Shown: positions 1 through 11,026 of the stretch, one piece after another
How the letters are laid out: each line of letters starts with the position of its first letter
Numbering within the stretch: position 1 is the stretch's first letter
Assembly: GCA_043732705.1 (NCBI GenBank)
Contig: JAYTHE010000011.1
Coordinates: 7,605-71,604 of the forward strand
Source: Candidatus Omnitrophota bacterium
Lineage (GTDB): Bacteria > Omnitrophota > Omnitrophia > Omnitrophales > Aquincolibacteriaceae
DNA length: 64,000 nucleotides
Direction: 5' to 3'
The notes under the pieces: generated by a model
Seen by the model: only the letters and a program-made list of their open reading frames with translations
Database searches by the model: none
What the model was told of the DNA's origin: nothing
Program-made: the position numbers and the translations under genes

Positions 1-1452
1 TTTACCGTCTTTGCACATTTCACGACGCGCATTGATTTAATTTCTTTGAGATTTTTTATTATTCCACTTTACAGCTTCTGCATCACAAGCCTGGCGGTTT
101 TTACTGCGTTTAAATATTTTCTGGAAAGTTCCCGTCTTGCGCTTTTTTCAGTTTTTATGGTGATGATTTGCTCGGTGGGCTGCGTTGAAGACGCGCATGT
201 CCCATTCGCTATCTCAATTTATCTCGGTGTCATCATTCTCATGAGTCGAACTTTGGAGTCGAAAAATTTTTTTGCATGGCTGCTCACTCTGCTGATGATC
301 GCCCAGACCATGCTTTATGAAGCCATTGTCAGCGCAACATTCCTGGCAGGCCTCTCACTCGCCTCTCTTCTTATTTTGATCTGGAGAAAAAGATTCGAGC
401 CGCTCCTGACTGTAGTCTTGGGCGGACTACTGCTTATCATCGTACAAACATTTGCTGTGGGCAGAATCGCCGGAGGCGACGGTCACCATATTCTTGGCAT
501 TCAATTTCCATTCTTTGTCGGAGCAATTAAGGATTTCCCGATTTTGAAGGAAACTTTGCGCGGTCTTATCCAAGCTTATCATTCACAGCCATTAACCGGC
601 TGGCGCTTACCCCAATACATTCAATTACTAAGCCTTCCTTTTTTGGGGTTTGCTGCTGTTTTACTTTTTATTTGCCGGATGCACAACATCTCTGTTCTGG
701 CGATTCCACTATTACTTAAAAAACTGAAACATTTAAAAAACGAATCGGCTCCCTTGATCTTTATTCTGCCTGTCCTTGCGTTTGGATTGATGTTCCCCTT
801 AATATTCAGTTTCCCTTTTCTCTGGGCGGCATCTTTTCGAATTCTGTTCAACACTGTTTTTCTTCTGATTGGATTTGTTCCGCTTGCAATACAGATTTAT
901 TGGAAAAAATCGCGTCTGCACCAAGCTCTGATTTTCACCGCGATGCTTTGTCTTTTTATAATTCCAATAATAAAAACGCAACTGTATTTCAAAGAATACT
1001 CTTCTCAATACGGGGAAATCTCATCCAATGAAATGCAAATATTCAACTACTTACGAACCCAGACACCACCGGACTCCGTATTGATGCATCCTTTCATCGA
1101 TCACGATGTCCGGGACGCAAATAAAAATGGCCAAATTGCCTGGGTCTTTAAAGACCATTATTATTTTGGATCCGCTTTGGGCGGCCGGCGAGTTGTTCTT
1201 GAGGGTTCAAAACAAGGAATGATAAAGGAATCCACGAAATTAACTCCCGAACAGATTGAAACGATCATGTCGGATACTGCCGCTGTTTATACAACAAAAG
1301 ATGCCTCCCGGGCCCGGATGATTCTTGAAAAGTACCGCGTTTCATATTTATGGGTTCCTGCCAACAAGAGCCTGCAATTTCCACACACGCAAATTCTAAA
1401 ATCTGTCATTTCAAACTCTAAACATACTCTCTTCCAGGTTTTGAAGCGTTAG
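1..1452 (+). CDS. Polytopic membrane protein, probable GT-C fold glycosyltransferase (5' end outside window)
   Basis: Frame 1 is open from base 1. Many hydrophobic segments, then a soluble C-terminal domain (YLRTQTPPDSVLM...LGGRRVVL...KYRVSYLWV) like the periplasmic tails of GT-C proteins. Confidence 0.55.
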   Translation, partial: FTVFAHFTTRIDLISLRFFIIPLYSFCITSLAVFTAFKYFLESSRLALFSVFMVMICSVGCVEDAHVPFAISIYLGVIILMSRTLESKNFFAWLLTLLMIAQTMLYEAIVSATFLAGLSLASLLILIWRKRFEPLLTVVLGGLLLIIVQTFAVGRIAGGDGHHILGIQFPFFVGAIKDFPILKETLRGLIQAYHSQPLTGWRLPQYIQLLSLPFLGFAAVLLFICRMHNISVLAIPLLLKKLKHLKNESAPLIFILPVLAFGLMFPLIFSFPFLWAASFRILFNTVFLLIGFVPLAIQIYWKKSRLHQALIFTAMLCLFIIPIIKTQLYFKEYSSQYGEISSNEMQIFNYLRTQTPPDSVLMHPFIDHDVRDANKNGQIAWVFKDHYYFGSALGGRRVVLEGSKQGMIKESTKLTPEQIETIMSDTAAVYTTKDASRARMILEKYRVSYLWVPANKSLQFPHTQILKSVISNSKHTLFQVLKR

Positions 1453-1501
1453 CTTGCATTTTAAATAACTGATTTGCTATTCAAAACTATTTGGCGATAA
1501 T

Positions 1502-3124
1502 ATGCGCAACATTACTATGCACAATATACAGCCAAATCAAACAGAGCGTTCGCTTTCTCTTCCATCGCCTATCATCGTAGGGGTCTTACTTGCCATTATG
1601 TTTTTGCTGATGAATTTCAGCGGATGGCACAAAATTTTATCTTTTGATGAACCACATAATCTCCGTTACGGATATGACGTATTAACCAAAGGCCCTTTGG
1701 CGGAAACCGACGGACAGCGCATGCCTGTATTCGCGCTGCATGCTCTGGCATGTCGAAGTTACGCTTGCGATTGTGAAAAAACGATCGATCAACCTTGGCG
1801 CCTCTTTTGGATTCGTCTACCAAGCATGCTTTTCACCCTCGCTTTAGGATTCTTGGTTTGGTACTGGTGTCGACGTCTTTACGGAAGCAACGCCGCGCTC
1901 GGCGCGCTCTTCCTATTCGTCTTCAACCCCAACTTTATCGCTCACGGCAAAGAAGTGACTTCTGACACCATGACTTCGTTTTGGGTCGTTCTAACAATAT
2001 TCTTATTTTGGAAATGGCGCAGCACCGGCAAAGAAAAGTTTGTGTACTTTACCGCGCTTTCAATCGGTATTGCGATTATCACCAAACTCAGCTCGATCCT
2101 GCTTTTTGGTATTCTTCCGCTTATTCTTATTGCTCAAAAAATTTGGACCCGTGATTTCCACGTCACACTGACGGCAGCATTTAAAATATTAAAACAAACG
2201 GCCATCAGCCTTCTTCTTATTTGGCTTGTCATTAATGCCGCTTATTTATTTCAAGGCAGCTTTGAAAGTACGCGTTCTTTCGCGTGGCAAAGCCGCTTCT
2301 ATCAAAAAATTGCCGCAAAAGCGGACCTGCCAATCCCCTTGCCGCGGATCTTTGTTCGCGGCCTTGACTATTCGCATTTAATCTCCGAACACGCGGAGTA
2401 CGGGCGCGGAAACAACTACATTCTCGGCCAGCGCCACCGGAAAGGGCGCGACTATGCTTTTGCCGTCATGGTGCTGCTTAAAACACCTTTGGCTTTTTTT
2501 ATTTTCCTTCTGGCCTCTATCGCGATCTGGAAAAGAAAAGGTTGGCCCCAATCCAAAGAAATTCCTGGAATTTATCTTTGGATTCCGTTCGGCGTTTGGT
2601 TTGTATTTTTCAGCTCGCTTTGCGACATTCAGGTGGGGATCCGCTATATCTTGCCGGGGTATGTTTTTTTGATTATCTTCGCAAGCAAGATTTTTGCGTG
2701 CATGGAAACCAAAGCAAGATCTTCTTTTTTATGTGCCGCAGCCTTGTGGTATGCGCTTTCGACACTCTCCTATGGCCCGCATTCGATGTCCTATTTTAAT
2801 GAATTGATTGGCGACAGGATCAATGCTTATAAATATCTCGCTGACTCAAACTTAGACTGGGAAGACAAAAACTACTACATTAAAAAATGGGAAAAAGATC
2901 ATCCCGGGATTAAATACCAAACTCACCCGGAAGCCATGCGGAATCCGCAGCCGGGATTCTTTCTGATGCCTGCGAATTTTTATGTAGGAGTCATTGACGA
3001 AGACAAATATGCGTGGATACGCGGTTTCAAGCCTTTAGCCCATGTGACATACAGCCACTACCTGCTTTATATCGGCCCCGAAGAATTAGCCGAAGCGCTT
3101 AAAAAACATCCCATCCCAAAATAA
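1502..3124 (+). CDS. ArnT/PMT-family (GT39/GT83-like) lipid-carrier-dependent glycosyltransferase
   Basis: N-terminal TM followed by a DE motif (SFDEPHNL), RLPSMLF, FNPNFIAHG..VTSD, ITKLSS, GIRYILP and LADSNLDW; ~11 TM segments. Confidence 0.8.
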   Translation: MRNITMHNIQPNQTERSLSLPSPIIVGVLLAIMFLLMNFSGWHKILSFDEPHNLRYGYDVLTKGPLAETDGQRMPVFALHALACRSYACDCEKTIDQPWRLFWIRLPSMLFTLALGFLVWYWCRRLYGSNAALGALFLFVFNPNFIAHGKEVTSDTMTSFWVVLTIFLFWKWRSTGKEKFVYFTALSIGIAIITKLSSILLFGILPLILIAQKIWTRDFHVTLTAAFKILKQTAISLLLIWLVINAAYLFQGSFESTRSFAWQSRFYQKIAAKADLPIPLPRIFVRGLDYSHLISEHAEYGRGNNYILGQRHRKGRDYAFAVMVLLKTPLAFFIFLLASIAIWKRKGWPQSKEIPGIYLWIPFGVWFVFFSSLCDIQVGIRYILPGYVFLIIFASKIFACMETKARSSFLCAAALWYALSTLSYGPHSMSYFNELIGDRINAYKYLADSNLDWEDKNYYIKKWEKDHPGIKYQTHPEAMRNPQPGFFLMPANFYVGVIDEDKYAWIRGFKPLAHVTYSHYLLYIGPEELAEALKKHPIPK

Positions 3125-3198
3125 CGCTTAGTTGCCCGGATCGAATTACAAGTAAGAATATTCAACTTGATCGGCAAAATCCTCTGTCTCAAAATAAA

Positions 3199-4116
3199 CT
3201 ACCCATAGATTTGATTTCTATCGAGCAAAACATGGGAATCGACAAGTGCGTTTACGCTCTCTCCAGCGTATTCGCCAAAAATTAAAACTAAGTAATAGTC
3301 AGATCGGGATGGATGAAAATCGCACAATTCAACATCAAAGTCAGTAACTGCATAACCATACTGTTTAAAGTACCCTGAATAATTATGGCACCACGCCGTG
3401 CTATACCCCATATGCTTTGACCATAGCTTGGCATCATTTTTTTGTAAATACCCATTACAGTTCGTGTCAAAAATTGAAACATATTTTACATTCGCCTTTT
3501 TAAACGCTTCAAAGTAGGCACATAATTCCTTCGGCAGAGCATGAAGTAATGCCTGTGAAGAAAAAACCATATCAACATCACCCAAAGTTTTGAATGTATC
3601 CAACGGATATCCTTTTAAGTATTTCACATTGGAATAAATATTACATCCGACAGCCTGGTCCACCAAAAAATCCAACCCTATAAACTCAATATTCGGAAAT
3701 TCCTTTGCCAAAACATCCAAACGAACACCATTGGCACATCCAATATCAACAATCCGCTTAGGCGCCTTACTTTTCACCTGCGCTTTTAACCGTTCAATGT
3801 AATTTGCAATAACCTTCCCGTGAAAATTCTGTTTCTGATAAAAATCTTTTTGCCAAAACCCATTATCACCGACCCCATCAGTATAAAGTTGCTGCAGGTC
3901 AAAAGCAGCCCGGTCTTTGTCATGATTTTTTATGACATAGGCAACATCCATCAACATGTTTTCGAAAATGACAAATTTAATATGTTTTCTGTTTTTTAGG
4001 ACTTTAAAGTAAAGAAACAGCAGCAATTCTTTAGGGTATGTATAAAAAAGCTTCATAATCAACGACAACTTTTTAGCCTCAAATGAAATGACAGTCTTTT
4101 CAACATTAACGCTCAT
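3199..4116 (-). CDS. Class I SAM-dependent methyltransferase
   Basis: Motif I IVDIGCANG, then FIGLD; visibly more AT-rich than neighbours. Confidence 0.7.
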   Translation of the reverse strand: MSVNVEKTVISFEAKKLSLIMKLFYTYPKELLLFLYFKVLKNRKHIKFVIFENMLMDVAYVIKNHDKDRAAFDLQQLYTDGVGDNGFWQKDFYQKQNFHGKVIANYIERLKAQVKSKAPKRIVDIGCANGVRLDVLAKEFPNIEFIGLDFLVDQAVGCNIYSNVKYLKGYPLDTFKTLGDVDMVFSSQALLHALPKELCAYFEAFKKANVKYVSIFDTNCNGYLQKNDAKLWSKHMGYSTAWCHNYSGYFKQYGYAVTDFDVELCDFHPSRSDYYLVLIFGEYAGESVNALVDSHVLLDRNQIYG

Positions 4117-4301
4117 CAGATCTCCATAAAATTTAATCGATCTTTTTTTAGAAACTGACGCTATTTAAGCCATAGACCCAAGAAATTCTAGAGATCTGGG
4201 CGCAGGATTATATAGGGTATAACCCTACCTGCCCATGGAAAATTGCTTGGTGGGTAGAAGATTAGGCAAAGGAAGAGCGTGATCGAAGTGAGTAAACATT
4301 T

Positions 4302-6155
4302 TTAGTTCAAAGTATAGAGCGTATAAACATACCGCAAGTCTTGAATGTTCTGCGACTCAAGGCTTGTTTCTTTTCTAGCCAATACAGTATCTGCCAGAAG
4401 AAGGTCCATCGGCCGATTACGCAACACATTTGTTGTAACAAGCGGTGCCATATCTAAAACATGAGTAATCCCATTGTCTTTGAGAATCCGCGCCATCTCA
4501 CCGGGAGTTTGAACGGATTTATATTTCGTACGAACATCAAAATCATAATCCAATACGACCGCGCGATCGAAATAAAAAAGGCGCGGCTCCTCTAAAACTA
4601 ATATCTTTGACGCGAGTGGCAAATGCTGGTTCATCCAACGCGCCACGGGGATGGTGCGTTCCATCTTCTCGAGATATTTTTCCATACTCCAAACTCTTAA
4701 AAGCGGCCGGAATTGATAGCGAAAATGATACACCGACAGGCTTAAGAGGGACATAGTTAGCAGCACTGCGGAAATTTTAAGCAGCTTTAAAATAAGCAAT
4801 TGCCTATTTGCTGTTTTTTGAAAAGCGCTTACGCCCATTGCTCCCGCCAGCAAATAGATCGGCAGCGTAGGAAGCAAGTAACGGACATTTTGTCCCGTAA
4901 AATACCAAAAGGTTGTAAATAAAAGCGCAAAGAGTAAATGCGGCCGCGCGGATTTAATCTTTACAGCGGCATAAGCCGCGAACGGCAAAATCAATAAATA
5001 AAAAGGGCCGACCCAATGATGATAATCAAAATATCGCGGCCGGAAAGTAATATCCAAAGGCAGCCCCAGAAAAGTCCAAACTGACCTTGGCAGCCCCATT
5101 CCGTGAAAGTAGATGGAAGAAAATAACGAAAAGTCTTCTGTGCCAAACAAAGATCCGAGATACGGGTAAACAGGATTACCGGTAAAAATCCAAGCCCGGA
5201 GAAACCAAAAGCCGGAAGTCGCGAATACGCCCAGCGATAAATATATTCCCGCGATAAAAGCCCTTTTTCTTTCCGCCCGAACAAATAACCTTAACGCCAG
5301 CATGATCATAATCGAAAAAAAAGCGGCCATGGCCAAATATCGCGCCGCGACGGCCATGCCGATAAACAATCCCCCGTAAAAGAAATCGGATGGCTTCAAG
5401 TCTTTCATTTTTCCGACTGTCATAAAATAGCCCAGCACGACAAACAGGGAAACTCCGGCGTCAATATAAGTGGTCGTGATTTGATTCAGCATCGTCGGTG
5501 TCAGCCATAGCATCAAACCAAAAAAGAATGCTGTTTTTTTACTGTGTGTGCTTTCTTCAATTTTAATCACAAGCGTGAGCATTAACAGTAAACCGCACAG
5601 CCAATGAAATAATTTAGAAATGGCGACATTCTTAAATAACATGCCTGAGGCATAAAAAACATTCATGAGCAGCGGCCGGTAGGACGCAATATCCAGATAG
5701 CTAGGCGTGAATGATGCGTTTTTAGCAAAAAGTTTTGCAAGATAAAGTTGAATGGAAAGCGCGTCGTTTGAAATTTCAGGAAGAAAGCAGAGCGATAAAG
5801 TAAACAGCAGCACTGCGATCAATGACCACTGAAAAAAAATCGCAAAGCCGCCTTTTTCTTCAAACAAAAAAGTAAAACTATTTTTTAGCCAACGAAAAAA
5901 TTCAATTAATTTTTTCCCGGAAATAGCCAAGGCAAAAGCTAAAATTACAAAAATAATCCACGAGTTAAACTGATTGAACAGGCCGCTAAAAATAAGCAAA
6001 TGCGCGTAGACCGCAAGCCCCAGCCCAATCCGCAAAATTCCGGAAAAGAGAAGAGTTTGTTCACGTAGTCGAAAACCGGCAAGCGACCCGCTGCCCCAAA
6101 GAGCCGGAAGCAGAAGCAGCCAGAAAAATACGGCAAATAACGCTGACTGCATCAT
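4302..6155 (-). CDS. GT-C-type (GT39-like) membrane glycosyltransferase
   Basis: Multi-TM; PEISNDALSIQLYLAK, TYID, TGNPVYP, RYLLP and a periplasmic tail ending GITHVL. Confidence 0.65.
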   Translation of the reverse strand: MMQSALFAVFFWLLLLPALWGSGSLAGFRLREQTLLFSGILRIGLGLAVYAHLLIFSGLFNQFNSWIIFVILAFALAISGKKLIEFFRWLKNSFTFLFEEKGGFAIFFQWSLIAVLLFTLSLCFLPEISNDALSIQLYLAKLFAKNASFTPSYLDIASYRPLLMNVFYASGMLFKNVAISKLFHWLCGLLLMLTLVIKIEESTHSKKTAFFFGLMLWLTPTMLNQITTTYIDAGVSLFVVLGYFMTVGKMKDLKPSDFFYGGLFIGMAVAARYLAMAAFFSIMIMLALRLFVRAERKRAFIAGIYLSLGVFATSGFWFLRAWIFTGNPVYPYLGSLFGTEDFSLFSSIYFHGMGLPRSVWTFLGLPLDITFRPRYFDYHHWVGPFYLLILPFAAYAAVKIKSARPHLLFALLFTTFWYFTGQNVRYLLPTLPIYLLAGAMGVSAFQKTANRQLLILKLLKISAVLLTMSLLSLSVYHFRYQFRPLLRVWSMEKYLEKMERTIPVARWMNQHLPLASKILVLEEPRLFYFDRAVVLDYDFDVRTKYKSVQTPGEMARILKDNGITHVLDMAPLVTTNVLRNRPMDLLLADTVLARKETSLESQNIQDLRYVYTLYTLN

Positions 6156-8485
6156 GTGTTTTTAAACGTAAACGGATTATAGCGGAATGTAATTTTATAT
6201 TTCCCCGGAGCCGGAAGCCATAATGCTCGAAAAAGCCCGTCAGCCTTTAAAATCGGAACGCGTTTTCCGTCAACCAATGCCTGCCATCCCGTAAAATAAG
6301 TTTCCGGAGTGACAAAAAAACCGGCTCTATCGGATTCAACTTCCCACTCAGAAAAATCATCCGACTGTCTTAATAAAGTAATCTGTGCCCTCGCCTCGCT
6401 CATATCCGTGTTTTCGGCATAAGCTACTTTTAGAATTTCATTTTTTTCCAAAAGCAATGTCCGGCGCGGATCAAAAGCGGGCGCCATAAGCTGCGCGCGC
6501 AAATCGTCCCAAGACTCAATAATATTAACTTTTTTAATAAAATAAGCCGGCTTATGCAGCCCCTTATTTTCATATAGATACCCTTCATCGTCGTTGGCAA
6601 TTAATGTCAACGAAGGCGCCGAAAGAACCCTCGCGCTTAGTACATGCGAGACATTCATAAAATTCAATAAAGGCAGGCGCTCCAGGAAATATTCCGGCGG
6701 CGGAGATTCTTGATAATTAGAATCGTTCACATTCCCCAAAAGTCCGATGGTCTGAAAATAACGCGAAAGCACAAAGGGCGAATAAACACCGGCATCTTCC
6801 ACTCCGTAAAGCATGTTTTGGCTTGGAACAAGCGGCAGGCGCTCTCCCAAAGAACGAAATCCGTATATCTTTTGTAATCTGCCAGCCTGCTTTTCAGCAG
6901 CCAATGTCTTGAGGATGGCGGTTGACTTAAAAGTTGTCTTATATGTTGAAAAATCAAGGCGGATATCAATTGCGGATAAGGCGTAAAGATCGATCAATAT
7001 AAAACAAAGGCTGAAAATTAAAATTCCTTTTGCAAGTGGTTTTTTCAGAAAGAGAAAAACAATGATCAAACTGACGGCCAACAAGCCAAAATTAAATATA
7101 TTGTGGGGATTAGCCCAGTTGAGATAACTCAATAAGAGATCGGGATAGGCTCTTACATTCGTCAGGTAACTCTCGAGAGAATGCGGATGTCCGGGCTGAG
7201 CGTAAACATACCGCTGAATGTAAAAATCGCCGGCACGGATTAACATGTCTTTTCCGAAGCGGAGCACTAAATTAAAAACGACGGTTAAACCCAAAAACAC
7301 CCCGGTGATCCAAAAATAAATCCGGGCGGCTTTTTTGACAATGTTCTGAGTCGCCTGCCCATTCCACATTTGCTGAAACCCCATCGCGGCAATCATGGCG
7401 ATGCCAAAACAAATAAAAACAAGAAACTTGGCGGGAATCCGGAAGGAGTAAAACTTGGTTACTTTGATAATCAAAACGTATAAGGGGCTCCAGCGCCCCA
7501 AAGCCAAAAGCAATACCATTAAACTCACGGAGCACCAAAGGCGGAATATTTGCCGGCGGCGGACATCGGGCGAGCAAAATGCAACGAGCATGAAAAAAAA
7601 CGATAAAATCCCGGCGTATAAATTATTGCCGCGCAAAATAAGCGAAATATACGGGTTAATTAAAGTGCCCAGAGCCAGCGGTGACATCGATCCGACATAA
7701 GCATATCCTTCCGCCAGTCCGATACGGTTCGACTGGACCGCTAATTGAAATGTCAAATAAATTTGGGGAGCGGCAAACATCAATGCCGCCAATCCCGCGC
7801 AAACCAGCATAAAGAAAGCTACGGTTCGCTTATACCCGCTCAGTTTCTCATCGGGGAAAATAAAGAGCCGCAGAAGCGCATAAGCCGCAAAAACTCCCCA
7901 GGTTAAAATAGCAACCTGAAGATACCCGGCAATCAGCGACTGGCTGACCACCACCGCCAAAATCAAAAGAAATCGCCGCTGCGAACCTGCTAAATATCTT
8001 TCCAATAGCCAAAGGCCCACCGGAAACCATGCCACTGTTTTGAGCGAGGTCATATTATAAAATGCGCCGCCGTAAGCCGCTCCGAACACAAAAATGACCG
8101 CGGCCAAAAATGCAGACAGAGCGTTTAATTTTACCTGCTTAGCATAAAGATAGGTCCCCCAGCCCGCAATCAGCCAATGCAAAAGATTCATATAGGAATA
8201 CGCCGCCTTAAATGGCAGTAAAAAGAAAAGGATTAAATTCGGAATATAAAAAATTCCGATTTGTCCTTCAGCGGCAATCGGAAAACCGCTATGGATGGCG
8301 TTTGTCCAAAACGGCAAATGGAAAGATTTAATTGAGGTCGCCAGCAAAAATGCCCAGGGGCAATGCTGCTCAAGATGATCGCCTGTTAATGGCGCAGATA
8401 CTACAAAAACTAATTCCGGGAAAAAAACAAAAAGGAGCGCCAGAAGTCCTAAAAACGCAAAGGTATCTTTTCGTTCAGAGGTCAT
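6152..8485 (-). CDS. YfhO-family membrane glycosyltransferase
   Basis: LPFWT...SGFPIAAEGQIGIFY near the N-terminus, FRIPAKF, and C-terminal ETYFTGWQALVDGK...ADGLFRA. Start placed at ATG 8485 to avoid overlap with the upstream gene. Confidence 0.8.
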   Translation of the reverse strand: MTSERKDTFAFLGLLALLFVFFPELVFVVSAPLTGDHLEQHCPWAFLLATSIKSFHLPFWTNAIHSGFPIAAEGQIGIFYIPNLILFFLLPFKAAYSYMNLLHWLIAGWGTYLYAKQVKLNALSAFLAAVIFVFGAAYGGAFYNMTSLKTVAWFPVGLWLLERYLAGSQRRFLLILAVVVSQSLIAGYLQVAILTWGVFAAYALLRLFIFPDEKLSGYKRTVAFFMLVCAGLAALMFAAPQIYLTFQLAVQSNRIGLAEGYAYVGSMSPLALGTLINPYISLILRGNNLYAGILSFFFMLVAFCSPDVRRRQIFRLWCSVSLMVLLLALGRWSPLYVLIIKVTKFYSFRIPAKFLVFICFGIAMIAAMGFQQMWNGQATQNIVKKAARIYFWITGVFLGLTVVFNLVLRFGKDMLIRAGDFYIQRYVYAQPGHPHSLESYLTNVRAYPDLLLSYLNWANPHNIFNFGLLAVSLIIVFLFLKKPLAKGILIFSLCFILIDLYALSAIDIRLDFSTYKTTFKSTAILKTLAAEKQAGRLQKIYGFRSLGERLPLVPSQNMLYGVEDAGVYSPFVLSRYFQTIGLLGNVNDSNYQESPPPEYFLERLPLLNFMNVSHVLSARVLSAPSLTLIANDDEGYLYENKGLHKPAYFIKKVNIIESWDDLRAQLMAPAFDPRRTLLLEKNEILKVAYAENTDMSEARAQITLLRQSDDFSEWEVESDRAGFFVTPETYFTGWQALVDGKRVPILKADGLFRALWLPAPGKYKITFRYNPFTFKNT

Positions 8486-8510
8486 CGGATAACGGCCGCG
8501 TAGTTTTGGC

Positions 8511-9506
8511 TTAAACTCGTGACCACGATGGGGGCAAATTGATTTTAACTTCGATGTTTTTAAATTCCTGGCTTTTCTTGGCGCCATTCTTCTGCGCCCA
8601 AGCCACCATGCGTGAAAGGCCTTCGCGCAAAGTAACGGGCTTGCCTGTCTTGAAAGTTTTATGAGCCTTCGAATGATCGGAATAGGCCTCGTCCACCTCG
8701 TTGCGCTTATCCAGATATTTTATATTCGGCTTCACGTTGAAACAGGCCGACACTTCTTTCGCTAAATCATTAACCGTATCGGGAGTATCCGCGCCGATAT
8801 TAAACGCTTGATTGTAAGCCTCGGGAACAGTAATTGACCTGGCAATGACAGGCGCGACATCATCAATGTACGAAAAAGCTCTTTTTTGGTTTCCGTCTCC
8901 AAAGATTGTCATTGGCTTACCTTTCATGATTTGATTCATGAAAATGCCGACCACATTGCGATATTTGTCACCGATATTTTGTTTTTCGCCGTAAACATTA
9001 TGTGGACGGAAAACAATACTGTTTAAGCCGAACATCTCATGTGCGACTTTTAAATCCTGTTCAACGGCGTACTTCGCGATTCCATACGGATCTTCAGGCT
9101 GCGGGACCATGTCTTCCGACATCGGCAGCTGATTTTTGCCATAAACCGCGATTGAAGAAGTAAAAACGAAACATTTAACCTTGTGAATAATCGACAAATT
9201 GATCAAGTTCACCGAACCAATCAAATTATTCTCATAATTAAAACGGCGGATAAAGTGGCTTAAACCTTCCGCGGCGTATGCGGCGAGATGAAAAACATAT
9301 TCAAATTGATGACGTTCAAAGAGTTTCGTGAGCAATGCATAGTCCACAATGCTGCCTTCTATGAATTCCGCTCCGGCAGGAACATTTTCTTTAAAACCGC
9401 CGCTCAAATCATCAAGGACACAAACCTGATGCTTTGCGTTGAGCAATGCTTCCGCGACATGCGCTCCGATAAATCCGGCGCCGCCTGTAACAAGGACTTT
9501 TGCCAT
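8511..9506 (-). CDS. NAD-dependent sugar epimerase/dehydratase (UDP-glucose 4-epimerase-like)
   Basis: TGGAGFIG, SS..VYG, PYGIAK (YxxxK), NVYG. Confidence 0.9.
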   Translation of the reverse strand: MAKVLVTGGAGFIGAHVAEALLNAKHQVCVLDDLSGGFKENVPAGAEFIEGSIVDYALLTKLFERHQFEYVFHLAAYAAEGLSHFIRRFNYENNLIGSVNLINLSIIHKVKCFVFTSSIAVYGKNQLPMSEDMVPQPEDPYGIAKYAVEQDLKVAHEMFGLNSIVFRPHNVYGEKQNIGDKYRNVVGIFMNQIMKGKPMTIFGDGNQKRAFSYIDDVAPVIARSITVPEAYNQAFNIGADTPDTVNDLAKEVSACFNVKPNIKYLDKRNEVDEAYSDHSKAHKTFKTGKPVTLREGLSRMVAWAQKNGAKKSQEFKNIEVKINLPPSWSRV

Positions 9507-10255
9507 TAGCCGACCTTGACTGTTTTAATTTCAAATGCCTTTTGCTTCCAAATGCCGAGCTTATGCAAAGTATAATGGAAAACCGTAACCATAATCATAC
9601 AGCCATATTTAACCGCTTTTTTGAAAGGCATCTGAGAATTTTCATCTTCATAACGCGTTTGATGCGCGATTTCAGCAATTCTGGCGTGCCGGATTGCGGC
9701 TTGAATCATGATATCGGTATCGAAGTCAAATTTATCGCTTAATAAATCAAGCGGAATACGTTCAAGAAACTGCGCTGTGAACGCGCGATAACCGTTGTGA
9801 TAGTCGGTAATATTAGTTTTAAACGTAAAGTTTTCAAGCCATGTCAAAAAACGGTTGGGAATATATTTCCAAAGCGGCATCCCATTTTTAAGTACATCGC
9901 CAAGAATCATACGGCTGCCCGTGACCACGTCATAACCTTCTTTTAATTTGGCAACGAATTGAGGAACCAGCGAAGGATCATATTGATTATCGCCGTGAAC
10001 CATAACGATATAAGTGGCTCCGCGTTTAATGGCTTCGCGATAACCTGTTTTTTGAACCGCGCCATAACCATAGCTCTTGTCATGCGAAACCACCGAAAGG
10101 CCTAATTGCCGCGCAACATCCGCCGTATTGTCCGTACTGCCGTCATTAATCAAAATAATTTCATCAACGGAACCCTTCGGAATCGCCGCGATGGTCTTGG
10201 GCAACACAGCGGCCACATTGTGAGAAGGCATAATAACCATAACTTTTTCGCTCAT
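9506..10255 (-). CDS. GT2 glycosyltransferase, DPM1-like (polyprenol-phosphate sugar synthase type)
   Basis: NDGSTD, GYGA, HGDNQY, GSR, TDYHNGYRAF. Confidence 0.85.
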   Translation of the reverse strand: MSEKVMVIMPSHNVAAVLPKTIAAIPKGSVDEIILINDGSTDNTADVARQLGLSVVSHDKSYGYGAVQKTGYREAIKRGATYIVMVHGDNQYDPSLVPQFVAKLKEGYDVVTGSRMILGDVLKNGMPLWKYIPNRFLTWLENFTFKTNITDYHNGYRAFTAQFLERIPLDLLSDKFDFDTDIMIQAAIRHARIAEIAHQTRYEDENSQMPFKKAVKYGCMIMVTVFHYTLHKLGIWKQKAFEIKTVKVG

Positions 10256-10267
10256 ACAACGAACTCC

Positions 10268-11014
10268 TTACTTTATCGCGCGCGCTAAAACAATCATCTC
10301 ATGTCCGCCCAGGACATGGGATTTAAAAAATGTAAACATCAACTTATACAAAGGCTGCCAAATCCAAGACAACCTAATCAGCAAACGACTGCCGAAAGAC
10401 TGCTGCCATTCGGGCGCCAACCCGCTTTGACTTGTGCGCTGTGCCGCATTGCCAGTTTTTGACGAGGGGCCTTTTGAAAGCTTCAACTGCAACCATCGTA
10501 AAAAGGTAAAAACGGGATAGGTGAAATCCCATGCAACCACAATTTCCAGACCAACCTCGCCCAGCTTTTGCTTAAGCTCGGGCAAAGTATAACGGCGCAC
10601 ATGTCCGTAAAAATCATCGTCCCAGCCCCAACGCTTGGGATTGCTGGGAACAGCCAAAACCAAATACCCCCCGCGGTCCAAAAGCGACGCTGTCTTTTTT
10701 AACGCGTGCCTGTCATCTTCAATATGCTCGAGAATATCCAGCAAAAAGACGGAGCGGTATTTACTATTTTCAGCGTCAAAACTTTGCTGTTCAACAATCA
10801 CCGCGGGATAGGATTCCAGCTTATCTCTGGCAATCTCAATCGCCTCCGGCGACAAATCAATCGCTTTACCGTTCCAACCACGGCCCCCAAGAAACCGGCT
10901 AAAATCACCCGCCCCGCATCCCATATCCAGAAATGGCGGCTTCAGCTCATATTTTCTTATTATTTCGCTTAAACAATAAAAAAGATAGTTTCGAAAGGGC
11001 GGAAAATTTGCCAT
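10268..11014 (-). CDS. Class I SAM-dependent methyltransferase
   Basis: LDMGCGAG, DILEHIEDD, GHVRRY. Confidence 0.85.
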   Translation of the reverse strand: MANFPPFRNYLFYCLSEIIRKYELKPPFLDMGCGAGDFSRFLGGRGWNGKAIDLSPEAIEIARDKLESYPAVIVEQQSFDAENSKYRSVFLLDILEHIEDDRHALKKTASLLDRGGYLVLAVPSNPKRWGWDDDFYGHVRRYTLPELKQKLGEVGLEIVVAWDFTYPVFTFLRWLQLKLSKGPSSKTGNAAQRTSQSGLAPEWQQSFGSRLLIRLSWIWQPLYKLMFTFFKSHVLGGHEMIVLARAIK

Positions 11015-11026
11015 ATTTGCGTTCGC

